In this document: piece by piece, positions 27,575-38,288 of the stretch
How the letters are laid out: every line of letters starts with the position of its first letter
How positions within the stretch are numbered: the stretch's first letter is position 1
Source of the DNA: Bdellovibrionales bacterium
GTDB taxonomy: Bacteria > Bdellovibrionota > Bdellovibrionia > Bdellovibrionales > UBA1609
NCBI GenBank assembly: GCA_965205645.1
Contig: OZ242172.1
Location: 348,633 to 412,632 of the forward strand
Reading direction: 5' to 3'
DNA: 64,000 bases
Made by a program: the position numbers and the translations under genes
Notes under the pieces: model-generated
What the model was told of the DNA's origin: nothing
Seen by the model: only the letters and a program-made list of their open reading frames with translations
Databases searched by the model: none

Positions 27575-28453
27575 TTACCCTTCACAGTTAGTTATCCATT
27601 CCACTGGAGAAGATAAGGATAACTGTCCATTTGAATAGAATTGTACAGTCAGTTGCCCTCCTGGCATTTGTACAAATACTTTGGATATTTTTGAATGGTG
27701 ACAATGGCGATATGCATGAGCGATTGCTATAGCCCCTGTGCCACAAGCAGGTGTTATCTGTTCCACACCTCTTTCAAAAGTCGCCGCGCGTAGCACAGGT
27801 GACATATTGTTTTTGTCGCTCATCGGTTTTAGTTGTGTATAAAAAGAAACATTCATCCCGTTTTTATGATGTGTGCGATTACGTCTTAATTTTTGTCCCA
27901 GGTTTGTTTCTAAAGAAGTTGTATATAGATCTGTTTTTGCACTTAAACTGCGTAGCTCCACTACTGCATGTGGCACTAAAGCGTGTATAAACAAATAAGA
28001 AAATATGTGGTTTTCAAAAGAGATACGAAATGGGCCCCGAATATTTTGAATTTGTTTAATAAAAATTTTTCCGTTTTTTGTACCAGAGTTTGTAGTAGAA
28101 TGACCGGTTGTTTGTTGAAATACTCCTTTAATAATACCGGCACCAGTTTTTAAGGTAATACACTGACTGGAAGCTAATTTTTTTTTAAAAAGATATTCCA
28201 CTGCACAACAACCAGCATTGCCACACATTTCAGCCGTTGATCCATCTTTTTGATAAAAAAGCCACTCCCAGTCTGCTTTTTCAGAAGGTTTTAGCACGAC
28301 TAATCCATCGGTTTTATTTTGATGACAAAGTCGGCGGCTTAGAGCGGCCCAATTTCTCCGATTTTTCAACTGTGAACGATTTAAATGTGTTACTAAAAAA
28401 CAATTGCCGGCACCACTCATTTTAGCCCACTTTTCGCTAGTATTGTTCATCAA
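27575..28453 (-). CDS. dapF: Diaminopimelate epimerase
   Basis: KMSGAGNCFLV, catalytic Cys motifs MCGNAGCC and ACGTGAIA. Confidence 0.8.
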   Translation of the reverse strand: MMNNTSEKWAKMSGAGNCFLVTHLNRSQLKNRRNWAALSRRLCHQNKTDGLVVLKPSEKADWEWLFYQKDGSTAEMCGNAGCCAVEYLFKKKLASSQCITLKTGAGIIKGVFQQTTGHSTTNSGTKNGKIFIKQIQNIRGPFRISFENHIFSYLFIHALVPHAVVELRSLSAKTDLYTTSLETNLGQKLRRNRTHHKNGMNVSFYTQLKPMSDKNNMSPVLRAATFERGVEQITPACGTGAIAIAHAYRHCHHSKISKVFVQMPGGQLTVQFYSNGQLSLSSPVEWITNCEG

Positions 28454-28621
28454 TAAGCACCTTTTTCCAATTAACTGTTTTAATTTTTTAATAATGCAAC
28501 ATAAAACATAAAGGAAGTTAGATACAAGATGAATAAGTAAAAATTTGAATTAAATGACAGATATTCATATCATCAGAATCAGCGAGCAAAATATGAAGAA
28601 GGTATATTTTGAAAAAAGGGG

Positions 28622-28969
28622 CTAATGCAGCCAAGGGAATTTTCTTGAATATTCTACTTGTTTTTTACGTCCTGGAAAATCAAAGCAATTAATTAAATCT
28701 TTAATCGTTTTTCTAGCTTGTTTTTTTGCTTGAATACAAACATCAAATAAATTATCCCCTTCGCAGTGCACTTTTACGTTCAATACATCAGGGATTAAAA
28801 TGAAAGTTACTGAATATTTGGATTTATTTTTGTCTTGGTTTTTTTTTAAAATAACGCCAATAGGCCCACGATTAAAAAGTAAAGGGCTTAATTCCATCGC
28901 TTGTTGGTAAACAAAAGCTTTTTCTTCTCCAGAGGGCTCTAATATAGTTAGAGACTTAGATTTATCCAT
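28622..28969 (-). CDS. Hypothetical protein (weak resemblance to HPF/RaiA ribosome-associated factor)
   Basis: 115-aa ORF. Only a loose pattern similarity (…VKVHCEGDNLFDVCIQAKKQARKTIKDL) to HPF. Confidence 0.35.
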   Translation of the reverse strand: MDKSKSLTILEPSGEEKAFVYQQAMELSPLLFNRGPIGVILKKNQDKNKSKYSVTFILIPDVLNVKVHCEGDNLFDVCIQAKKQARKTIKDLINCFDFPGRKKQVEYSRKFPWLH

Positions 28970-29203
28970 ACTTAAAAGGCTGGTTCTTACTTGTTATTTT
29001 GTCAAGTAAGAGAGCTATTTTTGGTTAAAATATAGTGAGAATCCTACATTTACTTGTCTTATCTATGGCAAAACTGTATTAATTTTGTCTGATTGACTAT
29101 TTATATGGCGAAACCCACTAATCGCGTTAAGTGTAATGAATCTAGATCGTAATAAAACTGATTTTTGTTTCTAGTACTGATTCATATAAGAAGGGTTGGT
29201 TTT

Positions 29204-29962
29204 ATGAATGACGACTGTTTAGAATCTTCATTCAAGGAGGATTCAACTATATTAACTTCATCGGCGGACAAAATTCGTCTGCCAAATAATTGGAAAAATC
29301 ATTTGATAACAGAATTTAGTCAACCTTATATGTTGCAGTTGAAATCTTTCTTACTATCTGAAATCAAAGCCGGTAAAACCATTTTTCCTAAACCAACAGA
29401 ATATTTTAATGCATTTTACATGACTTCTTTTTCCGAAGTGAAAGTGGTTATTTTAGGCCAAGATCCTTATCATGGCCCTGGACAAGCACACGGGGTTTGT
29501 TTTTCTGTGCCACCCAAAATGCCTTTACCGCCTTCATTGAGAAATATTTTTGTGGAGTTAAAAAAGGATATTGGCAAACATGCTCCTATCTCTGGTTGCC
29601 TGGAGCTTTGGGCTCGTCAAGGTGTGCTACTACTAAACTCTACGTTAACTGTGCAAGCGGGTCGTGCGGGTTCTCATCAGAATAAAGGTTGGGAAATTTT
29701 TACCGATCGAGTGATTCATCTGCTGAATAAAGAAAAACAACATTTGGTTTTTATGTTATGGGGTGCGTATGCTCAAAAAAAAGGTGCTTTTATTGATACT
29801 AATCGACATCTTGTCTTAACCGCAGCACATCCTTCTCCCTTGTCTGCAAGTAATGGTTTTTTTGGTTGTGGACATTTTTCCAAAGCTAATCAATATTTAA
29901 AAGCGCATAGGAAGACGATAATTGATTGGAATGCTTCAGAGCGAAAACAAACCTCTCAATAA
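29204..29962 (+). CDS. ung: Uracil-DNA glycosylase
   Basis: VVILGQDPYHGPGQAHGVCFSV, LLLNSTLTV, HPSPLSA. Start taken at MNDDCLE; the track ORF begins at 29165. Confidence 0.85.
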   Translation: MNDDCLESSFKEDSTILTSSADKIRLPNNWKNHLITEFSQPYMLQLKSFLLSEIKAGKTIFPKPTEYFNAFYMTSFSEVKVVILGQDPYHGPGQAHGVCFSVPPKMPLPPSLRNIFVELKKDIGKHAPISGCLELWARQGVLLLNSTLTVQAGRAGSHQNKGWEIFTDRVIHLLNKEKQHLVFMLWGAYAQKKGAFIDTNRHLVLTAAHPSPLSASNGFFGCGHFSKANQYLKAHRKTIIDWNASERKQTSQ

Positions 29963-29977
29963 AAATAAAATGCAAAA

Positions 29978-31159
29978 ATGGATAATATCAAAATAAAGTT
30001 GCAAAAAGATCATGTTTATTTTGATTCTACATTACCGTCTCATTCTCAATTACTAAAAAATGTGTTGCGTTCTTCAAACGGTATACAAAGAAGTAAATTT
30101 CGCACCGATAACACATGGATGGTCATTTGTGACAAACGTTTGCGGCAGCTACCTTTTGTAAAAAAATGGCTAAGTAATCATTTAGTTTATTTTGTCGTTG
30201 CTGGTGAGACACTAAAGGATTTTGGATTTTTTAATGAGCGCATTCAGCGAATTTTACAAATCGCGGGAAAAAAGCAAATTGCTGGTTTTATTAGTCTTGG
30301 TGGGGGTAGTGTAGGGGATTTTACTGGATTCCTAGCTAGTGTTTTTCATAGAGGAACTCCAGTGGTGCACATTCCCAGCACTTGGCTAGCTGCTATGGAT
30401 TCTGCTCATGGTGGGAAAACTGCTTTAAATGTTGGGAATATTAAAAACATTCTTGGTTCTTATCATTCTCCACAAGCTTGTTTCATTATAAGAAAATTGT
30501 TTTTGTCGCTTGCACCCAGGGAAATTCAATCAGCGGGTGGTGAACTATTAAAAACAGCTTTTATTACCGGTGGTCAGTTATATTCCAATATAAAACAAAA
30601 ACCATTACATCCTAGTCGCCTACTATGGCAGTGTTTACCTTCCGTCATTCGGACTAAATTACAGATAGTGAAAAAAGATTTTTTAGACAAAACAGGTATA
30701 CGTCATCAATTAAATTTTGGTCACACAATTGGTCACGTACTAGAATCTTATTTTCGGTTGTCCCATGGGGAATCTGTGTTATATGGGATGGTATTTGCTA
30801 TTCAATGGAGTCATCATCGACTAGGACTGAGTTCCTCTTTTGTCCACTCAGCTTTAACGTTAATAGACAGGCATTTATCTTGGTTGGATATTACTCTTAA
30901 TAAGAAAACGGTTGTAAAAACACCTAAGGATCGATTACAGAGAAAACAATTTTGTATTTTGAAATTAGCAAAATTGTTAAAAGAGATTCCAAGTTCCACT
31001 TTTCAGTCATTGCTTTTTAATGATAAAAAGAGAGTGAGCGGACAGAAAATAAATTTTGTATTTATTAAAAAACCTGGTCATGTTTTTGCACAAGTTGTTC
31101 GTTTGTCAGAAGTGCTGAGAGAAAAAAAAAGACAATCACAAAATGAACTCGGTGAATAG
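29978..31159 (+). CDS. aroB: 3-dehydroquinate synthase
   Basis: GGGSVGDFTGFLASVFHRGTPVVHIPSTWLAAMDSAHGGKTALN, LNFGHTIGHVLE. Confidence 0.75.
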   Translation: MDNIKIKLQKDHVYFDSTLPSHSQLLKNVLRSSNGIQRSKFRTDNTWMVICDKRLRQLPFVKKWLSNHLVYFVVAGETLKDFGFFNERIQRILQIAGKKQIAGFISLGGGSVGDFTGFLASVFHRGTPVVHIPSTWLAAMDSAHGGKTALNVGNIKNILGSYHSPQACFIIRKLFLSLAPREIQSAGGELLKTAFITGGQLYSNIKQKPLHPSRLLWQCLPSVIRTKLQIVKKDFLDKTGIRHQLNFGHTIGHVLESYFRLSHGESVLYGMVFAIQWSHHRLGLSSSFVHSALTLIDRHLSWLDITLNKKTVVKTPKDRLQRKQFCILKLAKLLKEIPSSTFQSLLFNDKKRVSGQKINFVFIKKPGHVFAQVVRLSEVLREKKRQSQNELGE

Positions 31160-31279
31160 GTATAGACTTGTCATTTAAGTGGCTATCATGTTATTTGTTC
31201 ATTTCTCACTTTGAGTTGTTGATGTATGAAGTGCATATGTAGTTAGTCTCCTTAAGACTGATACATTCAGGAGTTTTTA

Positions 31280-32164
31280 GTGATGAAATTTGGAAAATTA
31301 TTGTTCGTTTATATTTATCTGCTGACCTCTTTTTTAGCGGGTAGAGAAGCAAGTGCTACTTTAGAATTATCCGCAACGTATTTAGCAAAATCTGCTGTGG
31401 AAGAGAAAGTATCAAAAGATATTATAATACCTGTAAAAAAATATGCAGAAATATCTTCTGTTCCTGCGAATGATTTTGCGCAAGCTTTGTCGGCTTTTAC
31501 ACAGGGTAAACCAAAAAAAGCAGAGCAGCTTTTTTTAAACTTTTTACAAGCGCATCCTTTTTCTACTCCGGCACGTTATAATTTAGCGCTTACTTATTAT
31601 CAGCAAAAAAATCCAGCTTATGCATTAGCTATTTGGCGGCAGCTGCTTTTTGAGCAGCCTTTTGATTCAGTTGTTCGGCAAGCTTTAATGCACACACAGT
31701 CACAGATTCTGCATTATTCTACTAGTCATTGGAGAGGAAAAATGCCTTGGGGAGCAACACCGGTATGGCTATGGGTTCCGCCAGATGTTATTTTAAGCGT
31801 AATAACTATTTTTTGGGGAATATTGATTTTATTTTTATATTATAGGAAATATCAAGTGATTTGGTTGTGGTTGATACCTATGATTGCTTGTCATATTGGT
31901 GCGGGTTATTATTTTTCTTTTCGTTGGGATGATTATGCGACTTTAATAGAGGATATAGAATTGAGGAGTGCACCACAAAAGCAAGCAGTGATTTTATCTA
32001 CACAGACAGCGGGTCAGCTGGTAAAAATAAAACAGCAGTTACAAGGTTGGGCTCAGGTGTCCTCTGGCTTGAAAAATGGCTGGATCCTTTCATCTAAATT
32101 AGTTCCAGTTAAAAAAGCTATGAAAAGTAGACATTCACCGCTATATTCAGGCAAAATACTATGA
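31280..32164 (+). CDS. TPR plus bacterial SH3 domain membrane protein (BatE-like layout)
   Basis: Signal sequence, TPR-like region (ARYNLALTYYQQKNPAYALAIW), 2-3 TM helices, C-terminal SH3b-like GQLVKIKQQLQGWAQVSSGLKNGWILSSKL. Confidence 0.5.
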   Translation: MMKFGKLLFVYIYLLTSFLAGREASATLELSATYLAKSAVEEKVSKDIIIPVKKYAEISSVPANDFAQALSAFTQGKPKKAEQLFLNFLQAHPFSTPARYNLALTYYQQKNPAYALAIWRQLLFEQPFDSVVRQALMHTQSQILHYSTSHWRGKMPWGATPVWLWVPPDVILSVITIFWGILILFLYYRKYQVIWLWLIPMIACHIGAGYYFSFRWDDYATLIEDIELRSAPQKQAVILSTQTAGQLVKIKQQLQGWAQVSSGLKNGWILSSKLVPVKKAMKSRHSPLYSGKIL

Positions 32165-32667
32165 TGGATTTTTTGTGGAAAAATTTTTTTAATAAAGAAG
32201 AAAAAAATAAACAGGAAATTTTGCGAAATAATCCGCTATTTTCTTCTTTGAATAAAAAAGAGATGGCTGTGCTGTCTCAAATGATCTACACCCGATCTTT
32301 TGTCGCTGGAGAGTTTATTTTTCAGCCAGGCCGAGGGATCGGTATGTATATTATTGTCAGTGGTCATGTTCATATCTTATATGGCAAATCTGGTGGTGTA
32401 GATACTCTTATTATGTCTCGTCTAAAAGATGGTGATTTTTTTGGGGAAACAGCTTTAGTGAGGGAACAAGGGCATCCGTTTGTATCTGCGCAGGCAGCGG
32501 AAGAGTGTACACTACTAGGATTTTTTAAACCCAGTTTACTAACTATTATTGAAAAAAATCCTTCTACTGGGGCTAAAATTCTAATGAAATTAGGGGAAAT
32601 TTTAGAAAAACGGCTAAGAAAAGCAGGAGAAAAACTCTCCGAACTCAATTATAAAGCGGAAAACTAA
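32161..32667 (+). CDS. Cyclic nucleotide-binding domain protein
   Basis: cNMP-binding beta-barrel signature GDFFGETALV, followed by a hinge helix. Confidence 0.65.
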   Translation: MMDFLWKNFFNKEEKNKQEILRNNPLFSSLNKKEMAVLSQMIYTRSFVAGEFIFQPGRGIGMYIIVSGHVHILYGKSGGVDTLIMSRLKDGDFFGETALVREQGHPFVSAQAAEECTLLGFFKPSLLTIIEKNPSTGAKILMKLGEILEKRLRKAGEKLSELNYKAEN

Positions 32668-33734
32668 TGCTAGCTGTTACTACTGAACAAAAAAATCACC
32701 TTAAACATATCAATATTATTCGTGTCTTAGTGTTCTTAGGCATTTTAGTTGTTTCTGTCAGTCTGCTTGTATTAATGAATAATTTATTTATTGCCCTGTT
32801 GTTGGCATTTGTCATTAGTTATCTTACTCGGCCTTTAATTCTACCTTTGGAAAGAGCCGGTTTTAGTTACAATCAATCTTTGATTATTATTTTCATTACT
32901 GGTTTAGGGTTATTGTCTTTGCTCGGGATATGGCTTTTTCCATTGGCATTAGAGCAAGTCGCTCACTTGCAAACAGAGTGGCCTCGTTACTTTGAGGGAA
33001 TCGCTGCGTTGATTGAAACAACAGAAATGAAAATTAAAAATTGGTTAAGTATAGACATTGAGTTACGAAAAGTAGGAGAAGCGCGGTTGGCAGCTTTAGG
33101 TAAGCTGATTGTTAAAGGTTTGCCAGCTAGAGTTATGCAGTTAGCAACCATTTTACTTCTCGCTCCTTTCTTAGCTTTTTTTATGTTGAAAGACGGACAT
33201 CGGCTATCTAAAAGTTTTATGGTGTTGGTGCCCAATAATTTATTTGAGATGGTTTTGGATTTACAGTATCAGATCAATAAACAATTAGGGTTGTTTATTC
33301 GTGCACGATTTACAGAAGCTTTCATTGTTGGGTTAGTTACTTTTGCTGGCTTAAGTATTATTGCTTGTCCTTTTCCACTTTTGCTGGCAAGTTTTGCTGC
33401 AGCTACTAATTTAATTCCTTATTTAGGTCCTATTATCGGAGCTGCTCCTGCTATCATTGTTGCTTTAGTAAATCATTTTACACCTTTGGATCTGTTTTTT
33501 CTGGTCCTGGTGTATATTGTCGCCCAATCCATTGATACAGGTATTTTAATTCCTCTATTGGTAGCGCGAATAGTCAATCTGCATCCAGTGACAGTTGTGT
33601 TATTAATTATTTTAGGAGGACAGTTTATGGGAATTTTAGGAATGATTATTAGCATTCCTCTGGCGAATGCTTTAAAAGTCACTTTTGTAGCTGTTTATCA
33701 GCATCTCACTCAAAGCAAACAACTAAATCTTTGA
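32667..33734 (+). CDS. AI-2E family transporter (PerM/UPF0118)
   Basis: Polytopic membrane protein. ATNLIPYLGPIIGAAPAIIVAL is characteristic of the family. Confidence 0.75.
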   Translation: MLAVTTEQKNHLKHINIIRVLVFLGILVVSVSLLVLMNNLFIALLLAFVISYLTRPLILPLERAGFSYNQSLIIIFITGLGLLSLLGIWLFPLALEQVAHLQTEWPRYFEGIAALIETTEMKIKNWLSIDIELRKVGEARLAALGKLIVKGLPARVMQLATILLLAPFLAFFMLKDGHRLSKSFMVLVPNNLFEMVLDLQYQINKQLGLFIRARFTEAFIVGLVTFAGLSIIACPFPLLLASFAAATNLIPYLGPIIGAAPAIIVALVNHFTPLDLFFLVLVYIVAQSIDTGILIPLLVARIVNLHPVTVVLLIILGGQFMGILGMIISIPLANALKVTFVAVYQHLTQSKQLNL

Positions 33735-33758
33735 CTTTTTATCTACTAAAATTAGAAA

Positions 33759-34472
33759 ATGCCGGCCATGGTGAAATCATATAACTTTTATTATCAATTA
33801 GCTTTGTGGATAAGCCTGATTGGATATTTATTTTTATATCCTGCTTGCCATTCTCTATCTTCTAAAGAAAGTCATGCGAATGCAGAAGCCTTGTTTAAGG
33901 ATGCCGAGCAATTAAAAAACCGAGGATATTATAATGAATCGATATCTCAGTTAAGAAAACTAAAAAACAGATGGTTATATTCTCGTTTTTTTAAAGAAGC
34001 TGATTTAACGATTGCAGATATTTATTTTTTAAAAAAAGAATGGAACAAAGCAGCTGCGGCTTATACAGTGTTTTCTAAGATGTATCGGAATCATCCTCAA
34101 GCGGATCGAGTATCTTTTAGACTGGCTTTATCTGTTTTTCATCAGTTACCCTCTATTCCCGATAGGGATTTACAGTTAGCAAAAAAAGCATTAAATCATT
34201 TTAATCGACATTTAAAGTTATTCCCTAAAAGTGTTTATAGAAAACAAAGTTTGCAGTATAAGCAAAGTGTTTTATCCCAGTTGGCTCGTAAACAGTGGAT
34301 GATTGCAAAATTTCATATATCAGCTGGTAGAAATCGCTCAGCATTACCTTATTTAAAAACCTTAATTAAAGATTTTTCTGATCCGTTACCCCCAGATGTT
34401 CCTTCTATGAAAACCCTTAAACAAAAAGTTTCTGCGTTTCAGGCGCTATCGAAAAAAAGGACAGTGAATTGA
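33759..34472 (+). CDS. bamD: Outer membrane protein assembly factor BamD-like TPR lipoprotein
   Basis: Lipobox-like YPAC. TPR-like helices with ADIYFLKKEWNKAAAAY and DRVSFRLALS. Size and layout fit BamD/YfiO. Confidence 0.55.
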   Translation: MPAMVKSYNFYYQLALWISLIGYLFLYPACHSLSSKESHANAEALFKDAEQLKNRGYYNESISQLRKLKNRWLYSRFFKEADLTIADIYFLKKEWNKAAAAYTVFSKMYRNHPQADRVSFRLALSVFHQLPSIPDRDLQLAKKALNHFNRHLKLFPKSVYRKQSLQYKQSVLSQLARKQWMIAKFHISAGRNRSALPYLKTLIKDFSDPLPPDVPSMKTLKQKVSAFQALSKKRTVN

Positions 34473-35155
34473 ACTACTATTACAAAGCACAGCAGTTGTA
34501 TCAGAAAAATCAATGGGGTGCTGCTCGCATTATTTTGCAAAATGGTATTTTAAAATCTGATGCTGAACCGCGAGTCTATCATTTGCTGGGGTTGGTATTG
34601 TATCATCAGGGATATTTTAAAGCGGCAGTGAAACAATTAAAAAAAGCTGCGGCTTTACAAAAGAATCCAGAATATTTTTTAAACCTTAGCATTGTTTTAA
34701 ATGAATTGGGTTTTTATAAAGAAGGTAAAGAAGCCTATTATCAAGCAACGAAACTACAACAACAATCTGTAGAACAAAATTGGAAAGTACATATTGCGGA
34801 TCAACATTTAAATTTAGCTCAAGCATATTTAGATAAAAAGTATTTTAAACCAGCACTCAGATCCTATACACAAGCTTTACAATTTAAACCACAGGATCCC
34901 AAGGTGTATATGGGGTTAGCAAAAACTTTATGGCAGATGGGCCAAAAAGAAGAAGGATGGAAAGTTTTAAAATATTTTATTCAAATAGAACCAACATTTA
35001 TAGCGGCACGCCTATTATCAGCTGAATGGTATTTTGAAATACAGCAAATTCCACAAGCAGTTAATGAGTGGGAAAGTGTCTTATATCAAGATCCGAAAAA
35101 CGAAGAAGCAAAACAAGCTTTAATGAATATTCAACAAATAGCTCCTTGGAGCTGA
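34469..35155 (+). CDS. Tetratricopeptide repeat protein
   Basis: Multiple TPR units (YHLLGLVLYHQGYFKAAVKQLKKA, MGLAKTLWQMGQKEEG). TTG start overlaps the upstream stop. Confidence 0.55.
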   Translation: MNYYYKAQQLYQKNQWGAARIILQNGILKSDAEPRVYHLLGLVLYHQGYFKAAVKQLKKAAALQKNPEYFLNLSIVLNELGFYKEGKEAYYQATKLQQQSVEQNWKVHIADQHLNLAQAYLDKKYFKPALRSYTQALQFKPQDPKVYMGLAKTLWQMGQKEEGWKVLKYFIQIEPTFIAARLLSAEWYFEIQQIPQAVNEWESVLYQDPKNEEAKQALMNIQQIAPWS

Positions 35156-35211
35156 TTGAATGAATACAACAGAATAAGTATCAATGATAATAGAACTATA
35201 AAGTTTTTGTG

Positions 35212-36249
35212 TTAAATAAGTAAATTGTTAGAAATATTTTGATTTAAACGAACACCTTTATTCAATACCGCACGTTCAATATAGCAATCCGGTGACATTT
35301 GGCAGTTGTCTCCTAATACTGCAAAATGCTGTGCATGTAGATGAGGTAAACCTTTTACGTTACGTCCACAAAAAATAATTGTATCTGGTTGGTGGAACAC
35401 TCGCCAACCCGGTGAAAATATATTCAATATATCACATAGGAAAGCAGGCTGGTGAGCAGAGGATGAAAATAACCAAGATAAAGCTTTCTGGGTTCCATCT
35501 AAATAAGAAGATAATTGATTCATATCTAATGTTTTTAAGCCACGCATAGCGTGCACACGCACAATATCTTTTTTGCAAGCTGTCTCTAATACATCGTAAA
35601 ATAAATGTTTTGCACGCATAGGAATCTTTTGAAAAATTCGGCGGGACACCAGAGCTAATCCGCAAAAATGATATTTTCTTTTATCTGTTTTACTTGGATG
35701 TGTAAATGAATGAATGCGCCCTAAACTGTTTGTGCGTAAGACGGCTTGTTTCTTATTTGGTGGACAGCATAAAAAGCTCACTAACGCATGAGATTTTTTA
35801 TGAGCTGTATAAAACCTTTGCAAAGTGGTCGTGTTAGGTAGCCATATCATACTATCCCCATTTAAATAATAAAAATCTTCTTCTTTTGTTGACATAAAAA
35901 ATGGTTTTAGCTTACGCAGTCCTCCTGCGGATCCTAGTAAAGTATTTTCATAACTGATGTTTAATGAAATGTTCACTGTGCGTGCTATTTTTTTTAATTG
36001 TTTAGCTAATATATTTTTATGTTGTCCGTATACATTTGCTGCTGCTTCTTGAACACCTAATTGTTTTAAAAGAAATAAATTATAAGCAGCTAAAGGTACA
36101 TTTAAAAATGGTAACAACACTTTTGGTAATGAACGTGTATGAGGATAAAAACGTGTTCCTTGTCCAGCACATAGTAAAAATGCTTTTAAAGATTTGATAA
36201 TTTCCTCCGGTGGTTTGCGAGTAGATCGCGTACTAATTGTAAAAAACAA
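35212..36249 (-). CDS. Sugar-phosphate nucleotidyltransferase (MurU-like)
   Basis: N-terminal LLCAGQGTRFYPHTRSLPKVLLPF (GxGtR nucleotidyltransferase loop). Lies directly downstream of the kinase-like gene. Confidence 0.6.
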   Translation of the reverse strand: MFFTISTRSTRKPPEEIIKSLKAFLLCAGQGTRFYPHTRSLPKVLLPFLNVPLAAYNLFLLKQLGVQEAAANVYGQHKNILAKQLKKIARTVNISLNISYENTLLGSAGGLRKLKPFFMSTKEEDFYYLNGDSMIWLPNTTTLQRFYTAHKKSHALVSFLCCPPNKKQAVLRTNSLGRIHSFTHPSKTDKRKYHFCGLALVSRRIFQKIPMRAKHLFYDVLETACKKDIVRVHAMRGLKTLDMNQLSSYLDGTQKALSWLFSSSAHQPAFLCDILNIFSPGWRVFHQPDTIIFCGRNVKGLPHLHAQHFAVLGDNCQMSPDCYIERAVLNKGVRLNQNISNNLLI

Positions 36250-37172
36250 GGGTATAGTTTTATCTGCTGTAACAGATTTTCTAATGTTTTTAATGAGGGG
36301 TTTATATATGGCAGATGGCTGCTTTGCCCTCGTATGGAGTGAAAGCTGGCGAAACTACCACAGGCTTTAAATATGCGTTGCACAGCCGTTATAAATAATT
36401 CTTTTTCTATCGCTTGTTTAGAGCAACCTCGCTGCGATATTAAATATTCTATAATTTGCATTTGAAAAGACGTATCTAAATTGACATAAGAATCATAAAG
36501 TAGACTAACTAAATCATAGCAACGTGGGAAAAGTTTTGCGTCTTGAAAGTCAATTAGATATACTTTATCGTTTTGAATCATCAAATTTCGACTATGATAA
36601 TCTCTATGTGTTGGACGGTAAGGAAAACCTTCTAAACTTTGGCATAATTGTTGCCATTCGTTAAAACATTTGCTTAAAAATGATTCTTTCCATTGAAAAG
36701 CCAGTAATTGATCTACTAAATGTTCCTTAGTCCACAGCATTTCTCTAAAAAAATCTGAAGCGGAAAAACGTGACCATTCTACGCGATGCTCCTGTAAGCT
36801 CACCATTTGATCCACTGCTTGTTGATAATAATGGAAAGCATGGGTCGGGGTTTTTAATATTTTTTTTTCTAAATTAATATCTCCTAAATCTTCTAAAAGT
36901 AGCAAACCTTTTTTCTTATCTATTGCTTTAATAGTCGCTACACGTGTACCGGCGGCAATAAATGTGCGCTGCTTGGAAATATATTCATCTATTGCATCAG
37001 ATTGAATAAAGCTCTCTTTAGGAGAAGGAAGTCCCCATTTAACTAAAATCCATGAACTGGTTTGTGTTTTGATGCGAGTAAACGAACGGAGGTTAGGTGG
37101 GCTACCTTCTGGTTGCAACGGAATTTTTTCATAATGATCGGTTTTTAATTCCCACTTTAAAAAATGATCCAT
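36186..37172 (-). CDS. Aminoglycoside-phosphotransferase-fold kinase (AmgK-like anomeric sugar kinase)
   Basis: Catalytic loop HRDYHSRNLMI and metal-binding IDFQDA. Confidence 0.6.
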   Translation of the reverse strand: MDHFLKWELKTDHYEKIPLQPEGSPPNLRSFTRIKTQTSSWILVKWGLPSPKESFIQSDAIDEYISKQRTFIAAGTRVATIKAIDKKKGLLLLEDLGDINLEKKILKTPTHAFHYYQQAVDQMVSLQEHRVEWSRFSASDFFREMLWTKEHLVDQLLAFQWKESFLSKCFNEWQQLCQSLEGFPYRPTHRDYHSRNLMIQNDKVYLIDFQDAKLFPRCYDLVSLLYDSYVNLDTSFQMQIIEYLISQRGCSKQAIEKELFITAVQRIFKACGSFASFHSIRGQSSHLPYINPSLKTLENLLQQIKLYPCFLQLVRDLLANHRRKLSNL

Positions 37173-37199
37173 TGCAGGAGTATTATATAAAAAAATAAA

Positions 37200-38006
37200 C
37201 TAAATGAACAAAGGAAAAGGACGTAAAAATTGATTAATTTCAGCTGGTGGTGATTCATCCGCTTTCATGCCTATAACTAACACGCATGGCAAGGGGTCTT
37301 TTAAATCTTTTCGTAGAATATTCTGCTGATTCGTCGTTAATTGATAAAAAGAGGGGATACACACAAAAGCTCCATTTAGTTTTTGAAACATACCTTCTTG
37401 CCAATTCAGTTGGTCTACAATTAGAAAAGCAAAGCATGTCGATTGTAGATATAGATCGTGTGCTTTATGGCGTACTAGTTCTTCTGTATCTTGTTGAATA
37501 AGAATCGGTCGTGTAAAATCTTTTGGAGAAATTATTTGATTTAATTCTTTTTGTGAATCGATTGATGAATTTATTCCATATTCTATTTGTGATTTAGGTA
37601 AAGAATGAGTAGGTGGTAAGTCTGTTATCCATTGATTATTGTTATGAGTAGTTGTTGTTTGTACGGATACAATAGCGGATTGAATACAGTAATCAATCGT
37701 TGCTTTTGTTAAATCAGCTTCTGTTGGTTCTATAGCAGACATCACCATTAAAAATCCTAAAGCAGGTGGAGATAATGATTCATTGACAGAAGAGTTATCT
37801 GTCATCTCTAGTGGGAAGCATATTCCTGTATCTCCTATAGTGACCCAAGGTTTAATAGCAGTTAACGATAATTTTCTAAAATGTAAAACTGGTGTTTCGT
37901 ATTGTTTTTTCAGAATCAATATAATAGAGGGTATCCACCACCGGATAATTTGTTCTATTTGGCCTTTTGTTAAATTACAGGGGTTGTGCTTATTGGTAAG
38001 TTCCAT
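37200..38006 (-). CDS. Hypothetical protein
   Basis: 268-aa ORF in an operon-like position upstream of the kinase gene. No family recognised. Confidence 0.4.
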   Translation of the reverse strand: MELTNKHNPCNLTKGQIEQIIRWWIPSIILILKKQYETPVLHFRKLSLTAIKPWVTIGDTGICFPLEMTDNSSVNESLSPPALGFLMVMSAIEPTEADLTKATIDYCIQSAIVSVQTTTTHNNNQWITDLPPTHSLPKSQIEYGINSSIDSQKELNQIISPKDFTRPILIQQDTEELVRHKAHDLYLQSTCFAFLIVDQLNWQEGMFQKLNGAFVCIPSFYQLTTNQQNILRKDLKDPLPCVLVIGMKADESPPAEINQFLRPFPLFI

Positions 38007-38288
38007 ATTATCTTATGGTGCAAAAATCAGACCATACACATACTTTTAGAAAAGCATTATCAAGAACGGGCTAGTTTAAGTAAAATAGGTGACGAAAATA
38101 GGATTTTAAAGAGATTTTGAAGTTATTAACTGTACAAATTGTTCAATATAAATACGCATGTATAAATTTTATACTGTTTTTGTAAAATGGAGAATAGGGA
38201 TAGATTCCATCTAATTTTCACACAACATAGTAAAATTTGTTCAGTGTTGAGGATAAGTTTTCGTGCTTTATGGCAAAATGCAGATAGT

